Positions 25,691-38,412 of a stretch of 64,000 bases of DNA are shown here, piece by piece (within the stretch, counting starts at the first letter, position 1; the number at the start of each line of letters is the position of its first letter). The position numbers were made by a program, and so were the translations under genes. The DNA is from Lophium mytilinum. Lineage: Eukaryota. Where the stretch lies: assembly GCA_010093605.1 (NCBI GenBank), contig MU004188.1:1181673-1245672 (forward strand). Direction: 5' to 3'. The notes under the pieces were generated by a model. That model was not told where the DNA came from and ran no database searches. It worked only from the letters and a program-made list of their open reading frames with translations.

Positions 25691-28188
25691 ATGCGCTTTT
25701 TCGTGTTGGCGTTGTCGGTAGCCTTGAGCAGAGCCGCCCTGGTTCCAAGAGACGGGGCTGCCGCAGGTACGCAGCCTGATGCAGCAGGGTTGGGCGAGCT
25801 ACCGCGGAGTGCGGGGAGGAAGCTCACGGGGAGGTTTCTGCACCTTACCGGTATGTTGTTTGCGCTTTTCCTCAACCCTAGTGTTTCTGTGACTCTGAGA
25901 GATGCTGTGCTTGGTTGCGCTTGAGTTTCGGGCCTTCCGCCGTTTCGGACTCTACGTAGTGTTGATGGGAATCATGACCCAAGTCCCGCGTTTCCACGTT
26001 TTACTGCACCACGGCGTACGAATGTTAGACTAATTGCTACGGTGGTGCTATTTGCAGACTTCCACCCGGATCCGTACTACAAAACCTACTCCTCCACCGA
26101 AAAGGAAGCCGCATGCCACCGTAGCAAAGGCCCGGCGGGCGTCTATGGCGCAGAGACCTCCGCCTGTGACAGCCCAACATCCCTCGTGAACGAGACATTC
26201 CGGTGGATAGAGGAGAACCTCAAGGGCTCCATTGACTTTGTGATATGGACAGGCGACTCTGCGCGTCACGACAACGACGAGAAGATCCCTCGAAACACTG
26301 AGCAGGTCGTTTCGCAAAATGAAATGCTGGTTACCAAATTCACAGAGGTATTTGGGAAGAAGGATAATGTCGACGATACGGATCCGACGAATGATTTTAC
26401 GATACCTATAGTTCCGACTTTCGGGAATAATGACATCCTGCCGCATAACATCTTCGACGAGGGGCCGAATAGGTGGACCGGAAAGTACCTGAACATATGG
26501 AGGAATTTCATTCCCGAGGAGCAGAGACATCAGTTCCAGAGGGGTGGATGGTTCTACGTTGAGGTTATCCCGGGCAAATTGGCGGTGATCAGTCTGAACA
26601 CGCTGTGAGTACAGCAGCCCGAATTCCCTACCTGTGCAGACTACACAGACGCTCTAGGTGGGAGTTAAGAGGCTAATACGTTTACGCCGATAGATATTTC
26701 TTCGATTCAAACTCCGTAGTTGACGGGTGCGCCTCCAAGAAGGAACCCGGCTACGAGCACATGGAGTGGCTGCGCATCCAGTTGCGGCTTCTCCGCGAGC
26801 GAGGCATGAAGGCCATCCTCATGGGCCATGTACCACCCGCACGAACCGATAATAAGCTCAGCTGGGACGAGACGTGCTGGCAGAAATACACATTGAACAT
26901 GCGGCAATACCGGGACGTGGTTGTGGGCGCTTTGTACGGGCACATGAACATCGACCACTTCATGCTGCAAGATTTCAAAGATATCACAAAAGACGCGAAG
27001 AAGGGCAGGATGGAGTCAGCTGCCGTGGATGCTCTGAGAGCCAGTGTGGCAGTCGACGGCGAGGTTGGGGTCGAAAGTGCGTCGGATTATCTGATTGACC
27101 TGAGGGATACATGGGCGAAGCTGCCTAGTCCTCCAAAAGCGCACTCCTTGGCGGAGTACACGAACGAGGAAGAGAAAGGAGGTATGTGGGAATGGATCTC
27201 AGACCTCGTGCGCATCCAGAAGAAGAACAAGAAGAAGAGCGGGAAGGGCCACAAGCCCACATTCCTAGACAAGATCGGAGGGCCCTGGGGTGAGCGCTTC
27301 AGCGTCTCACACGTCTCGGCCAGCGTGGTGCCTAACTACTTCCCTACACTCCGCGTATTCGAGTACAACATCACTGGACTAGAAAATCTCGTTATCGAGG
27401 ATACCGCACCAGCTTCTGTCATCCCCGACCAAGAGCAGACGCCAATCCACGACGACGAGTTCTTCTTCGTAGACGACGACGCTGGGTGGACTGACGCTTT
27501 AAAGCAAAAGAGGACGAAGAAGGAAAAAACCTCCAAGAAGCCCAAAAAGCACAAATTCAAAGTTCCCTCCCCGCCCTCCAAATCCGCTCCTCCAGGCCCA
27601 GCTTACTCCCCGCAAACGTTGACCCTCACTGGGTACACGCAGTACTTTGCCAACCTTACCCACATCAACAACGACTTTGTTGGGCAGGATGTCAGCCCCG
27701 CGCACCGCGACTTTTCGGAAGCAATCTTCGATGAGATGGGCGTCGAGGTGGAGGGCAAGTGGAAGGAGGGCAAGCATGGCGGCAAGAAGAGTAAGAAGAA
27801 CAAACCGAAGCCGAAGAAGTTTAAGTTTGAGGTCGAGTATAATACTACGAATGACAAGGTCTTTAAGCTGAAGGACTTGACGGTGCGGAGTTATGTGGAT
27901 CTTGCACGCCGGATTGGAGAGGCGAACGGGAAGGGAAAAAGTTTTGGTGCTGGCTTTGAGGTTGAGCCGGCAGAAGAGGTGGATGCGGAGAAGAAAGGAA
28001 AGAAGGGGAAGAAGCACAAGAAGAAGCATGGGAAGCATGGGAAGCACAAGAAAAAGAGCGTGTGGTTCTCGTTTGTGAATCGCGCGTTCGTGGGGACGAT
28101 GGATCCGGATTCGATTGAGGAGATTTTTGAGTGCAGCGAGATTAAGGGCGTGGCTGAGATCGAGGGAGAGGTGGTGCAGGAGTTGTGA
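25691..28188 (+). CDS. PPN1: Endopolyphosphatase Ppn1 (calcineurin-like metallophosphoesterase; 3 exons)
   Basis: Hydrophobic N-terminus; LTGRFLHLT/DFHPD; WTGDSARHDND; GNND; GHVPP; YGHMNIDHF; SVVPNYFPTLRVFEYN; PGPAYSPQ. Confidence 0.93.
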
Positions 28189-29621
28189 GCGGTTGATCTA
28201 TCTTTCTATGAGCGCCTCTGGTCTTTTGAGATTCTTTGGTAAGCGTCGCATGAGGCATGATTGGCGTTTTTAGGGGCAGGACGGACAAATCCTGATGTTA
28301 AGTTCGAGGCCCTCATCACGTGTGTGATTGGAAGTCGAGGTTTTTGGGTTGTAATACTAGACGTTGCATTTAAGATCACTAGTGCGGTTTGTTTTGAGGT
28401 CATGTATTCGGAAAAGCTGTGATGCTGTACAAGCTTCTACTTTTCTATTCTGTTCTTCTCCCTTCAAGGCATGTTACAGCATTTGATGTGATTCCTCTTT
28501 ATGTTTACCTCCACCTTGTCTCTACGAGGAAACCAAATTAGCTCTCTTCAATCCACCCGTTAGGCTGATGATGCGAACCCCTCCAACGCAGCTCATTGTC
28601 TACGGAACCCTCTTCAGCGACCAACAACCAACAAACCTAACCAAACTCACCTCCTTCCCTTCGACAATCAATCGGAAATCCCATTTCCCCAGCGAAGTCC
28701 ATCCCATTCCCAACTCTATCGCAATAGAAGAGTCCTAGCCGTAACACCATCTATGAAAGAGTGACAGAGTTGCAACACCGGGTCACGTAGTCTTCTTGGC
28801 GTGCAGAGAGTGTGCAGGACTCCACGCCTCATTCTTGACGCAGTGGAGGCAGCGCGGGCCGGACGGGGTGTGCGGCACCTAACGCTTGTCGCAGGGTCCA
28901 GCTTGCTCCCACGAGGTATAAGAGTCTCTCTAGATCTCAATGTCTTGCTATTTTACCAGGGCTTGAAAGAGGAGTAGAATCGCAAGTATGGACCTTGACT
29001 CCGGATGCAGGGGGATAGTTGGCGACGGGATCAACACTATTCGACCCATCCCTCCATGGGATAGTCTGGTTTGGCCTGTGGGTGTGGATTGAATGAAGTA
29101 TGCTGCTCAGCAATAGAGAGGACGAGTGATGGAGATTATTTCTGCGTAATGGTGAATAGGCTCATTGTTCTGACTGCTTCGAGTCCCCCTGATCGTTGCT
29201 CAGCACCGCTGAAACATATTTGAAGTCGATGGAGCTGGTCGTCCCTCTTATGCTAAGCTCTTTCTGGGATGTTTGAATGTTCTTCTTCATAATCTCGATT
29301 TTGACTTCGAACTTGGCTTAGAGCATGATTCGGCCTATCTTCTTCTTATCGTCTGTGGTGCTAATATCGATTCAATCGAAGACTTAGTCGACTATTGTGA
29401 GAGTGAGAGTGAGAGATCGGCTGGAGTAATAGCTATAGTCTGTGTAGTTGATAGCGCAGTCGAGTTTGAAGAATCCTGGCTGCATTGAAATTATTTTCTA
29501 GTGTGACATTGTGGCGTTACTTATAAGAGCTTCATGTACCTTATACATTTAATCTACATGTATAAGAAGCAGAGCATCATTCTATTACCTTTTGACCTCG
29601 TGCAACCCTAACCCTAACTAG

Positions 29622-32546
29622 GAGGTACTCAGAACAGGCTTCAAAAACGAGAAGCCTAACAGAGGCGATGAAATTCTTTGGGACACAATAAAGCAGTGCT
29701 GTCGGGGCCTTGTTCAAGAAGATGCGTCCAACAGAGTTGACTTTCTCCATCACTCTCTCCGAGAATATCTCAACCGAGAAGATGGTCTGAAGAAGATTCC
29801 AAGACAAAACGAGGAGCCGGGGAAGCGTTGCATTGCATATCTTGGTTTAAAATCCTGCACAGGAGGCGTCTGCCTTGATCCTGGCTCACTTGAAGAGCGA
29901 AGAGTGAAATGGCCACTCTTGGACTACGCAACCAGATATTGGACACAGCATTTTATACTCTTCGAGAAAACCAAGAGCCGACAAATCGCGAACGAGGAAT
30001 ACATGAACGGATCATTCCACGCACTAGCCTTTGATTTCCTTCGCTACGATGATCAGGTGGAATCTTCGTTCCAAATCAATATGTTTCAAGATCCAGGACT
30101 GAGGTTCATGTTTCGAATGTTTCCGAACGAACCCGAGACCGCTTCAGAAATCCTGCACGAAGCCGACATCCCTGGTAAATCCCTAGAAAAATCCAACATC
30201 ACTTCCGCAGCCGGGTTGTTTCCAGAGAGAATGCGCGAACTGCACAGAAAACTTTTTTATGCATCTGCAGCTAACCGGACAACTGGACTGCATATTACGT
30301 GCGCTTCCGGATTTCGCACTCTCGTCCAAAAGCTGTTGGCTGTTCGCCCTGATCTTCTCAACCGCCAAGACTTCTTTCAGATGTCGCCGTTACACATCGC
30401 TGCCTAACGTAGCGACGCGGATATAGTTCAACTTCTAACTACAGAAGGCGCAGATCTGAATAGTCAGAATTTGATTGGGGAAACCCCCTTAATTCTAGCT
30501 TGCCAACATAACGACGGGCGGTCTCCGGGCAGGCCCCTCAAAAAGGCCCCTTCGTCACGTGCTCATATAAGCGAATTTTATAAACATTATAAAACTTAAC
30601 ACGGCCCTCTATACCTCTCTCCTATCTTTATATTCTATCTCTGCTAAGTAACCTACCGACGCTCGTTTATAGAAAGAGGCGTAGAATAAGAGAAGAAGAA
30701 CTCTATTCTATAGATTAATACTAAGCCAATAAATAACTTAGGATAATACCGGGCGGTTTAAATCTATACTATAGGTAGTTTCCCTATATCCTTTACAGGC
30801 GGAGTAGCTAGAATAGGCAGGAACTACTATAAAATCTAGTATAGATCCCCTTCTAGCGTGCTATATATAATAGCCCTATTATCTCTATTACTAAGTAATA
30901 TATTATTATTAATATTAGCGTTAAATTTAGTAAGGGTCTTACTAGGCCTAGCTAGCCCTAGGCATAAAGCGCGCTCGCTAAAAGTAATAATTTAATAATA
31001 TTTAATAAGGCTGCAATGCAATAGATAGAGCAGCTTAATATTAATAGAATTACTAATTTTTTAGTGTTAAGTCTAGGCCCCAGGGCCTATGAGTTTTATA
31101 ATGTTTATAAAATTCGCTTATATGAGCACGTGGCGAAGGGGCCTTTTCGAGGGGCCTGCCCGGAGACCGCCCGACATAACGACCAAACCGTTGTTAATAT
31201 CATCATGGAATACAGCGATCAAATCGATGTTAACGCTCAGACGATGGATACTCGGAATCGGCAAGAGCTGGAATATCTGGCCTTCGAACAACGAGAAAGT
31301 ATGTTTCGACCGGAACCTTGCGGAGCGAAAGTTCGCACCGTTAGCGGCCGTACCGCACTACATGAGGCGGCACGAGCGGGAAACGTGCATCCACTAAAAA
31401 GACTTCTTGCTAGCCCCAAAATCATCGTTGACTCCCCAGACTTAAATGGCCTGACGGCGCTGCACAATGCTTCCATCTATGGTCACCTCGATGCTATGAA
31501 ACTCCTACTGGAAGCAGGTGTGGATCCGAATCAAAAGGTTAGCTTGCCTTACGAGAAGCCTGCGGTCTCGGATTTAGAGAGGACAACGTACATGTGGACA
31601 GCCCTTCATTTCGCCAGCGCGTACGTGAAAGACTCCGTTCGTTCATACGCCAATCTCTACAACATGCTAGTTGATTTAGGAGACACGCTTTTGCACTCAG
31701 CCGCCGCATCTGGGAAATCAGAGAGCGTACTTCTTCTCCTTCAACAGCCAAGCGTCGACATCAACGCTCAGAATGCAATGGGCTTTACAGCTCTACACAG
31801 CCGCATTCGCCAGAACGAAAAACTGTGTCAACTTGTTGCTGCTCCACGAAAAGACCATTCATAATGTTCGGGATAAATACCGTCGAACGCCTTTGCACGT
31901 AGCTGCACAATTTGGAGCACCCAACGTTATAAGGCTATTCCTCGAAAACCCTAATGTTGACGCCAATTCTCTAGACGAAGATAACCACTCGCCACTTTTC
32001 TACGCTGCACGCTGCGACTGGCCCGGCTGGTAGGAGGCATTCAGTCTCTTCTGGGGACACGCTAGGGTAGATCGCGGTTTGCGCGATTCTAAGGGTCGTA
32101 CAGTCTTGGCGTTCGCTGAGGCCATCGGTGCCCGCAAGGTCATTGAACTCATATACAATAGCGGTCTCGTAGACCACGGAGGAGGTGCAGCCCAGGCGGA
32201 GGATGAAGCAGCTTTGTTTGAAGAGGAAGATTACTGAAATGACGGAATGTTTAAAATGGCTGGAATTCTTCACACGAGAAATATCGCGACAACTGGAGGC
32301 CGTTACAACCTTTGGCGCGGATCCGGTGGCTGGGAAAAGTAGGACGTATACATGGTACGTCAATCACAGTGGGCACTCAAATGGTTAAAGTCGTTCTATC
32401 GGCTCAAAGATGGTGGGCCCTCCGAGTGTCAGGTTTCTCGTATAGACCAGTGGATTGGATTAGCTGAAACCAAAAACGATCTCGAGCCGACCTTATACGA
32501 AATAGCTCTACGTCCGTTATCAACAATCGTGAAGGGTGAGAGGTAG
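29622..32546 (+). pseudogene. Degenerate ankyrin-repeat gene with a post-NACHT winged-helix-like segment (NLR-like relic)
   Basis: VDFLHHSLREYL..CIAYLGL..PLLDYATRYWTQH, then many ankyrin repeats (TGLHITC, SPLHIAA, GETPLILAC, GRTALHEAA, GLTALHNAS, RTPLHVAA). Lesions: TAA at 30405, MITE insertion, a frameshift near 31800 and TAG at 32031. No NACHT P-loop seen upstream. Confidence 0.8.
30515..31173. mobile_element. Non-autonomous Mutator-like (MULE) MITE, 659 bp, with RIP-type mutations
   Basis: ~85-bp terminal inverted repeats (CGGGCGGTCTCCGGGCAGGCCCCTC..TATAAAACT) with few transition mismatches. 9-bp target duplication ACATAACGA at 30506-30514 and 31174-31182. TpA-rich interior. Confidence 0.9.
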
Positions 32547-32913
32547 ACCGAGGCCTTAGTTTTTCTAGAATTGTTAGTGAGGAGATAGGGAAGGTAAAGG
32601 GATGGTTCTTTCTGGCTGGAGAGACGAATATAAAGACTGGTATAATCAGACAGCGGGCAGAACTTCATCTCGTGTATACGGCTGATGTAGAGTTATACAA
32701 TGAAGTCATATTACCATGCTAGGAACTCAGTGGCAGCCTTCCGAGGGGCCTGATCTGAATGCGCAAGATCCAATGCTATTACTGAGGTGTGAACGAAACG
32801 CCTGCAATGCTCCCCTGTTTCTTCATCACCACTCAAGCACCTGGAAGGAACGAAAACGCTCAAACACCTAAACACCGACAATGCAGTTGCGCTCGGCACC
32901 CACCAGCCCCATC

Positions 32914-35900
32914 TCACTTCATTATAACATCCGGGAACATAACCTGCACAACCTCGTCCAGGAGCATAAACGCTAGATGCGTACTACAAATCTCGTTAGC
33001 AAGCACTCCTCCCAAATCGAAATTAATCAACCACTCACTTCAATCGCTGATTGTTAACGGTCGCCAGAATCCGCCTGCTCGCCGCCTGTGCATTCGCCCT
33101 CCCCACCACACTGCCTGCCAACTCGGGTACCAGCGTCGCGAGCACCAGCCCCGCCTCTTTTCTACTACGCGCCTTATCCGCAACCGTGCGGGTGGCGGGC
33201 TCGCGCATCTTCCCAGCAGGCCACATGGTGCCTTTGACCAGATCAAGGTACTTGAGGACATTGTCCTCAGCCAGGAAGAGCTTCGCGTGCTCGCGTACCT
33301 TGCGCTCAATCGTCCCACCAAGGAGTTGGTGAAGAACCACGACGACAGCGCGCCCGCGTAGCCAGTTTGTTTCACGGTTTAGCTCGAAAGCTTCGAGGAA
33401 AAGGTCACAGATGGGCTTGACGAAAGGCTCAAGCTCGCGGTTCTCGAAGGCGCGGAGTTCGGCCTCGGCCTCAGCGTCTGTGCTTGGAAGGTCAGGTCCC
33501 GCGCCGACAAGCGTAGAGGTTGGGAGCGCGGTGCCGCCGTTTTGGGCGAGCTGCGATGTAGCGGCTGAGATGAGGTTCTGGCCGGCGACGGAAAGCTGGT
33601 CGAGGACGGGGATGTTGCCGAGGAATTCTTCCATGCCGTCGGTAACTGAGTTGTAGATGCGAGTGACGAAGTCACGGCTGTCGGAGGACTGGGAGGAGTT
33701 GAGATCCGTGGGGGAGATGGCGGCTTGAGAAAGGAAGGCACGAAGTTCACGACTACGACAGATGGCGGGGATGAGGAGGAGTTCCTGTGAAAACGGGTTG
33801 TTAGTGGACTGTCGACAGGCGGAGTGAGGTCGGAGGACATACCCTCAGATATCTTTCTAGTCCTAGCCTTCTCTTCTGCAGGAAGTCTTTCTGCAACTTC
33901 AGGACCATTTGTCGGCGAGGGAACTCAAGATTCCTGATTTGTGGATATTTCGCGCGTAGCCTTTTGTTCAGATCGTGGAATTCGCTATATCGGCGTGTCA
34001 CCACCCAAACTGCAGCGGGCATTTGGTCGCCAGCTCGACGTCGGACCTCTATGACATCTGTGAAAATTAGACGAGGCCTCCAATGGTAGCTGAGGACTAA
34101 GTCTGAACTTACACATAGCGTATTCTCGGCCGTCCTCTTCGTTTCCTACCATGATAGATTGGATGAAAACAGTGGCACGACCGTACAAGCTGTTGTCGCT
34201 CTCTTGAACAATGTACTGCTGCCTCTGCAGCTCCTTTCGATGTATCTCCCTTTGCAGACTAGCTTTAGATTTACGAAGGATCCTGAGCTCAGCAGCATTG
34301 TTCGTCAGTTCAGCCTTTGTAGTGAGCGAGTCTACAATAGAATCCTGCGCAACCAATCTCTCGATGTCCGCAGTGAGAGCGTCAATAGCTTCAGCTAGTC
34401 CCAGATCTCCAGGAGCAGCTTCGTGAATCTCTTCATCATCAGTCTTTTGAGCGGTGTCAGGGTCTTCAACCTCATCTTCAAGAAACTTTTCTTCATCGCC
34501 GAAAAGGTCGTCTTCTGTGAAGACTCCAAGACGAGATGGTTCGCCGACGAGGCCAAGAGAGGCAATGCTTTTCTTCTCCCTCTCTTTTTTTGACATGGAT
34601 GGCATCGGCGAAGTAGGACGGGGTAGTTCAATCGAACCTTTCAAGGACTCATTGTCTAGAGGGGAGTTGAGAGCACTGACGCCCTGCTCAGAGAATATTG
34701 ACCCTTTATCAGGTTCGTCCTCCATGATGTCGTTCAAAGCTGCTTGCATTGCATCGACGATCTTGGTATCATTACCGGCTGGACGCGCATGTTCAGGCTC
34801 CGACTCGAGACTTTGTGTAGATCGTGCAAGTGGATCGCTGTCGTAGTCGTCGTCAAACAACGGTGCACGGCCTCCATCTAACGAGCGTCTGAGTGGGGGT
34901 TCCGCCTCGAGAGACTTGTTGTAGCCTTTGAGATCTGACGAAGATACAGCGGCTCTCCGTAAATCGGGGACGTGCAAGGCGTGTCGTGAAGTCTGTGCAC
35001 GAGCCATTTTGGCAGGTGGTATAATGGGAGCTCTGGTAGCATCAGGAACGCTAGTATTGGCTTTTGTTGGACTTGATGGGCTTGGGCCAGACGCTTCGTC
35101 TAAGGCGAGTAGCTTGAAATAAAGATCTGACTTCTTGAAACGTCGAAAGTGTGGTTCCGTCATGTCTTCATACACAGCGGTCTGAGCCTGTAAGATAGCC
35201 CTACGAGCTACCTGGTACTGTAAAGGGGTAGCGGTCTTTCCAGCTGCCAGGAAGTCTTTGACGGCTTGTCGAGCCTGGGGTGTCACTTTCAGCTCGGGTT
35301 TTGTTAGATATGCATCGTTGATTTGGGCAAGATCCGCGCGATCTGAGTCGGTCCATGTGGCTTGTGATCCAAAGTAATCTTCCGGTTCATCTGTACCTTG
35401 TTCTAAAGGGTTTCGAAAGCCGTCAACGACAATCCAGAACTGGACTAGGCGCATAAGATTCAAACGGTCCATATACTCCATGAAACAAGACAGCCCAGTG
35501 GCATCATAGAGGATATCTCTCAAAGATGCTTTTTCGAATTTAGAGGCCGTTCTCCTGTGTCCTAATTGGGGCGGCTGGATAGACAGTTTTCCTTTGACTG
35601 ATCCCCCGGCGCCCAGGGTGGTGACCTTTTGGTCCAGGATTCGCTTTGCTGTCTCAAGCCGGCGAAGATACATGGAATCTTGCTCTTCTACAGCTGATTC
35701 TCGGCGTAGTTGTCCTGCAACTTCGCTCCTGAAGCGGCGTGCATCTGCGAGGGTGTTGGTCTGCCTGATAGCTCGAATGAAACGCTCAAACTTTCGCTCG
35801 TTGTCGTTGGGAGATAACTTAGGGAACTGGACGTTCTTTGGATTTTTCGGAGAAGGTGGAGCATGCTCATCGAGGGCAGCGCGGAGCTTCCGAACTGTTT

Positions 35901-36832
35901 TTCGGTCTTGTAGCACGCTTCGGCCCTGCAACTCAGTTAGTACGCGTCAATTAACCATTTGATTACCTTACATATGCCTCCATCAACTGATTCCATGTGT
36001 CCGGATCAGAGAGCATTTGCATCACCGGAAACAAGACTGCGCAAGCAACGATCTCTTTGATCAATACGAGCACAGCAGAGCTAGTGGTCATAGCCGGTGG
36101 TAGGACTTTCGGAATCAATCTTGTGACGATGCTTCGTAAATACTGTTGCTGTACAAGTTTCGTATTCGAAGACGCCAGAGACGCGGCTGAGTGCAATTTC
36201 CCATCCTTATACTTTGCTGCAATAGCAAGATCGACCTCTTCAGATTCCGTAAGACTGCGAGTGAGCCTTTTTCCGCGAACGACTCGCTCTGCCTCATAGA
36301 AGTCCTTCATATGTCCAGTAATGAGGGGCACCATTCTAGAAACCACCACTTCGACCATGTCTACCGCAAACATCCTGTCTCGTATATCCACAAGCGCAGC
36401 CCGGACTGCTCGATCAACCTCGTTCGTGAAGGTCGCCCTCGGACTAATTTTCCCGTACCATGTTTGCACAAAGTCCCGAAGTATAAGGTCGATTAGGCCG
36501 TCAATGTTATCGGAAATGATAGTGGATTGTGGATATAGCCGCTCTTTTTCGTAGAGGGTCCGCTTGGTCAACGCCTCCGTTTCCGCGGTCCATAACCCGG
36601 GCGCAACAAATGCCACCGTCCTGCTTCCGTATAGAGTCTCCCCATTTTTCCAGTGTTGCAGATCCCTCGAGGTCGTGAGGGTGAACCATAGCAGGAGGGC
36701 GGCGGTGCTGGCAACGCCGGCGCAGAAGGCGTAGGGGAGATAGCGTAAGGTGGGGATCCAATGGGTGACGAATCCCCAAGCGATGAAGGCGACGATTGCT
36801 GCGATAATCACATCTCTGCGACGAAGGGCCAT
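32914..36832 (-). CDS. MDM1: Mdm1/SNX13-14-like sorting nexin (TM-PXA-RGS-PX-Nexin_C)
   Basis: Two N-terminal TM segments; PXA (LILRDFVQTWYGKIS); RGS (CFMEYMDR..LVQFWIVVDGF); PX (WVVTRRYSEFHDL..LEFP); Nexin_C (NWLRGRAVVVVLHQLLGGTIERKVR). TGA at 32914-32916. Confidence 0.9.
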
Positions 36833-38412
36833 AGTCCAGGAAAGTCCATAAGCAGTCGATCCGGCATCTTGTTCTGGCTGGCGTGCAGTGGGAGTGTTGC
36901 CAGGCGTAGCGATTAATCGCATCACGAAAGTTGATACGGGAGCTCGGGCGTGTCATGTGAGCCCTTCACTAGAGCCCTAACCCAACTCTAGACACAACCG
37001 CCACTGTCACCAGACGACGAGTACTATTATCTACTACTTACTGTGGTAGAACCTCAGGTCAAGATTAGGAATCTTCTGCCTATCGTCCCACCCGGGTCGG
37101 CCCTCCTGCGTTTCAATCGCTTCCCAAGTTAACGAACGAGACATGAGATACACCCATCTCGACTGGCACATCGTCTGCACGAGCACTGCACGGGCGATTA
37201 CTGCTACACGAACTGCCTCGAGGTCATTCCAGTATCTTGAAACAGCCTAGTGAACATTACCGAGGAACTACAGTAGACTCTCGCGCCATAACAAGGAATT
37301 ATCAACTCCGTGCTCCTAACGGACTAACATTCATCATGAAAAGGACTATCAATAGCTATATTTTCACTAAGAGCTTGTTCTTTTCTCCGCAATAGTAGCG
37401 TGTTTGATAAAGTTTCCCCTTTCTTCTCTTCCATTCTATGTGAGCAGCTGTATCTTGTGCAAATGGCGACATCTTTAAGTCCTTCACGCTTCTCGTTTCG
37501 AGGAAACCGCATACACCCCGAAGACTACGGTTCTTCTGCACCCGAAGAAACCAGTCGACCCACTACCAGAAGGCGAAGAGGAAGCACGGAGGTTGCAATT
37601 ATGAGTCGACACTGGCAGCCACGTCCGTCGACGCTTGCGTTGATAGCATGCACCCCGCTCCCCATTCAGGAGCCTCAAGAACAAGCTTTGGCGATGTCCA
37701 TCTCGCGAAGGCTTTGGACTCAAACAACCATGTGGGATCTGATCTGATAGCAGGTCACCAGTGGCTCAGAGCACTTGGGGGTTGCGGGAAAGTGCTTTTT
37801 CCCCTTGGCTCCCCACGCTCGTATCCACCTCGAGCCTAAACCTGACGCTTCTGTTTACGCATGCATGAAATCCCTCGACTACCCCGTACCGCCCTACCAC
37901 CATCATGTACCTGCATGCATCTGACTGGGCGGGGTCCCTTGATCAACCTACGATAAACGTTTGGGACGTTTTGTGGCTGGCGGCTTGCGGAAAATAGCTC
38001 CAGATGTCAGTCAAAATGTAGAAGTGATCGGAGATAGCGCGACCTGATAAGGGAGGTGAGAGAATGCATACAGAGAATGCCACGTTCCCGACTATCAAAC
38101 CATGAGGCGATGTTTTCAGTCTGCCAATGAGAGTCCCACGCTATTCTATTTTCTTGCGCAAAACCGTCTCAACTTGATGTTGCTTCAAGGGTAAAGCGCG
38201 TTGCTTTTTCTCCAACGTTTAACGAGATAAGCTACAAGCAATGATCCTCCCGCCTCACCGACACTGCAACCTGGACAGCAATCAGCTTTCTTTACTTCGC
38301 CTCTCTCTGGGTAGGGGTCCTGGATAAGATATGCTTCCAACATATATGTTCGAGCCGCAGGATCGAGGCTTGCACGTTTGACAGCGCCGATCATACTTCA
38401 ATACTACTCAAT

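Noticed and set aside
28716..29500. Possible minus-strand gene relics (Cys-containing and Lys-rich frames)
   Set aside because: Short, interrupted by stops, and no family could be recognised.
29604..29621. AACCCTAACCCTAAC resembling an interstitial telomere repeat at the start of the ankyrin relic
   Set aside because: Only ~2.5 units. It reads equally well as a CTAAC branch site plus TAG acceptor leading in frame into the relic exon.
31064..31864. 266-aa ORF as an intact ankyrin gene
   Set aside because: Its first ~37 codons come from the MITE right end. It is a fragment of the disrupted gene.
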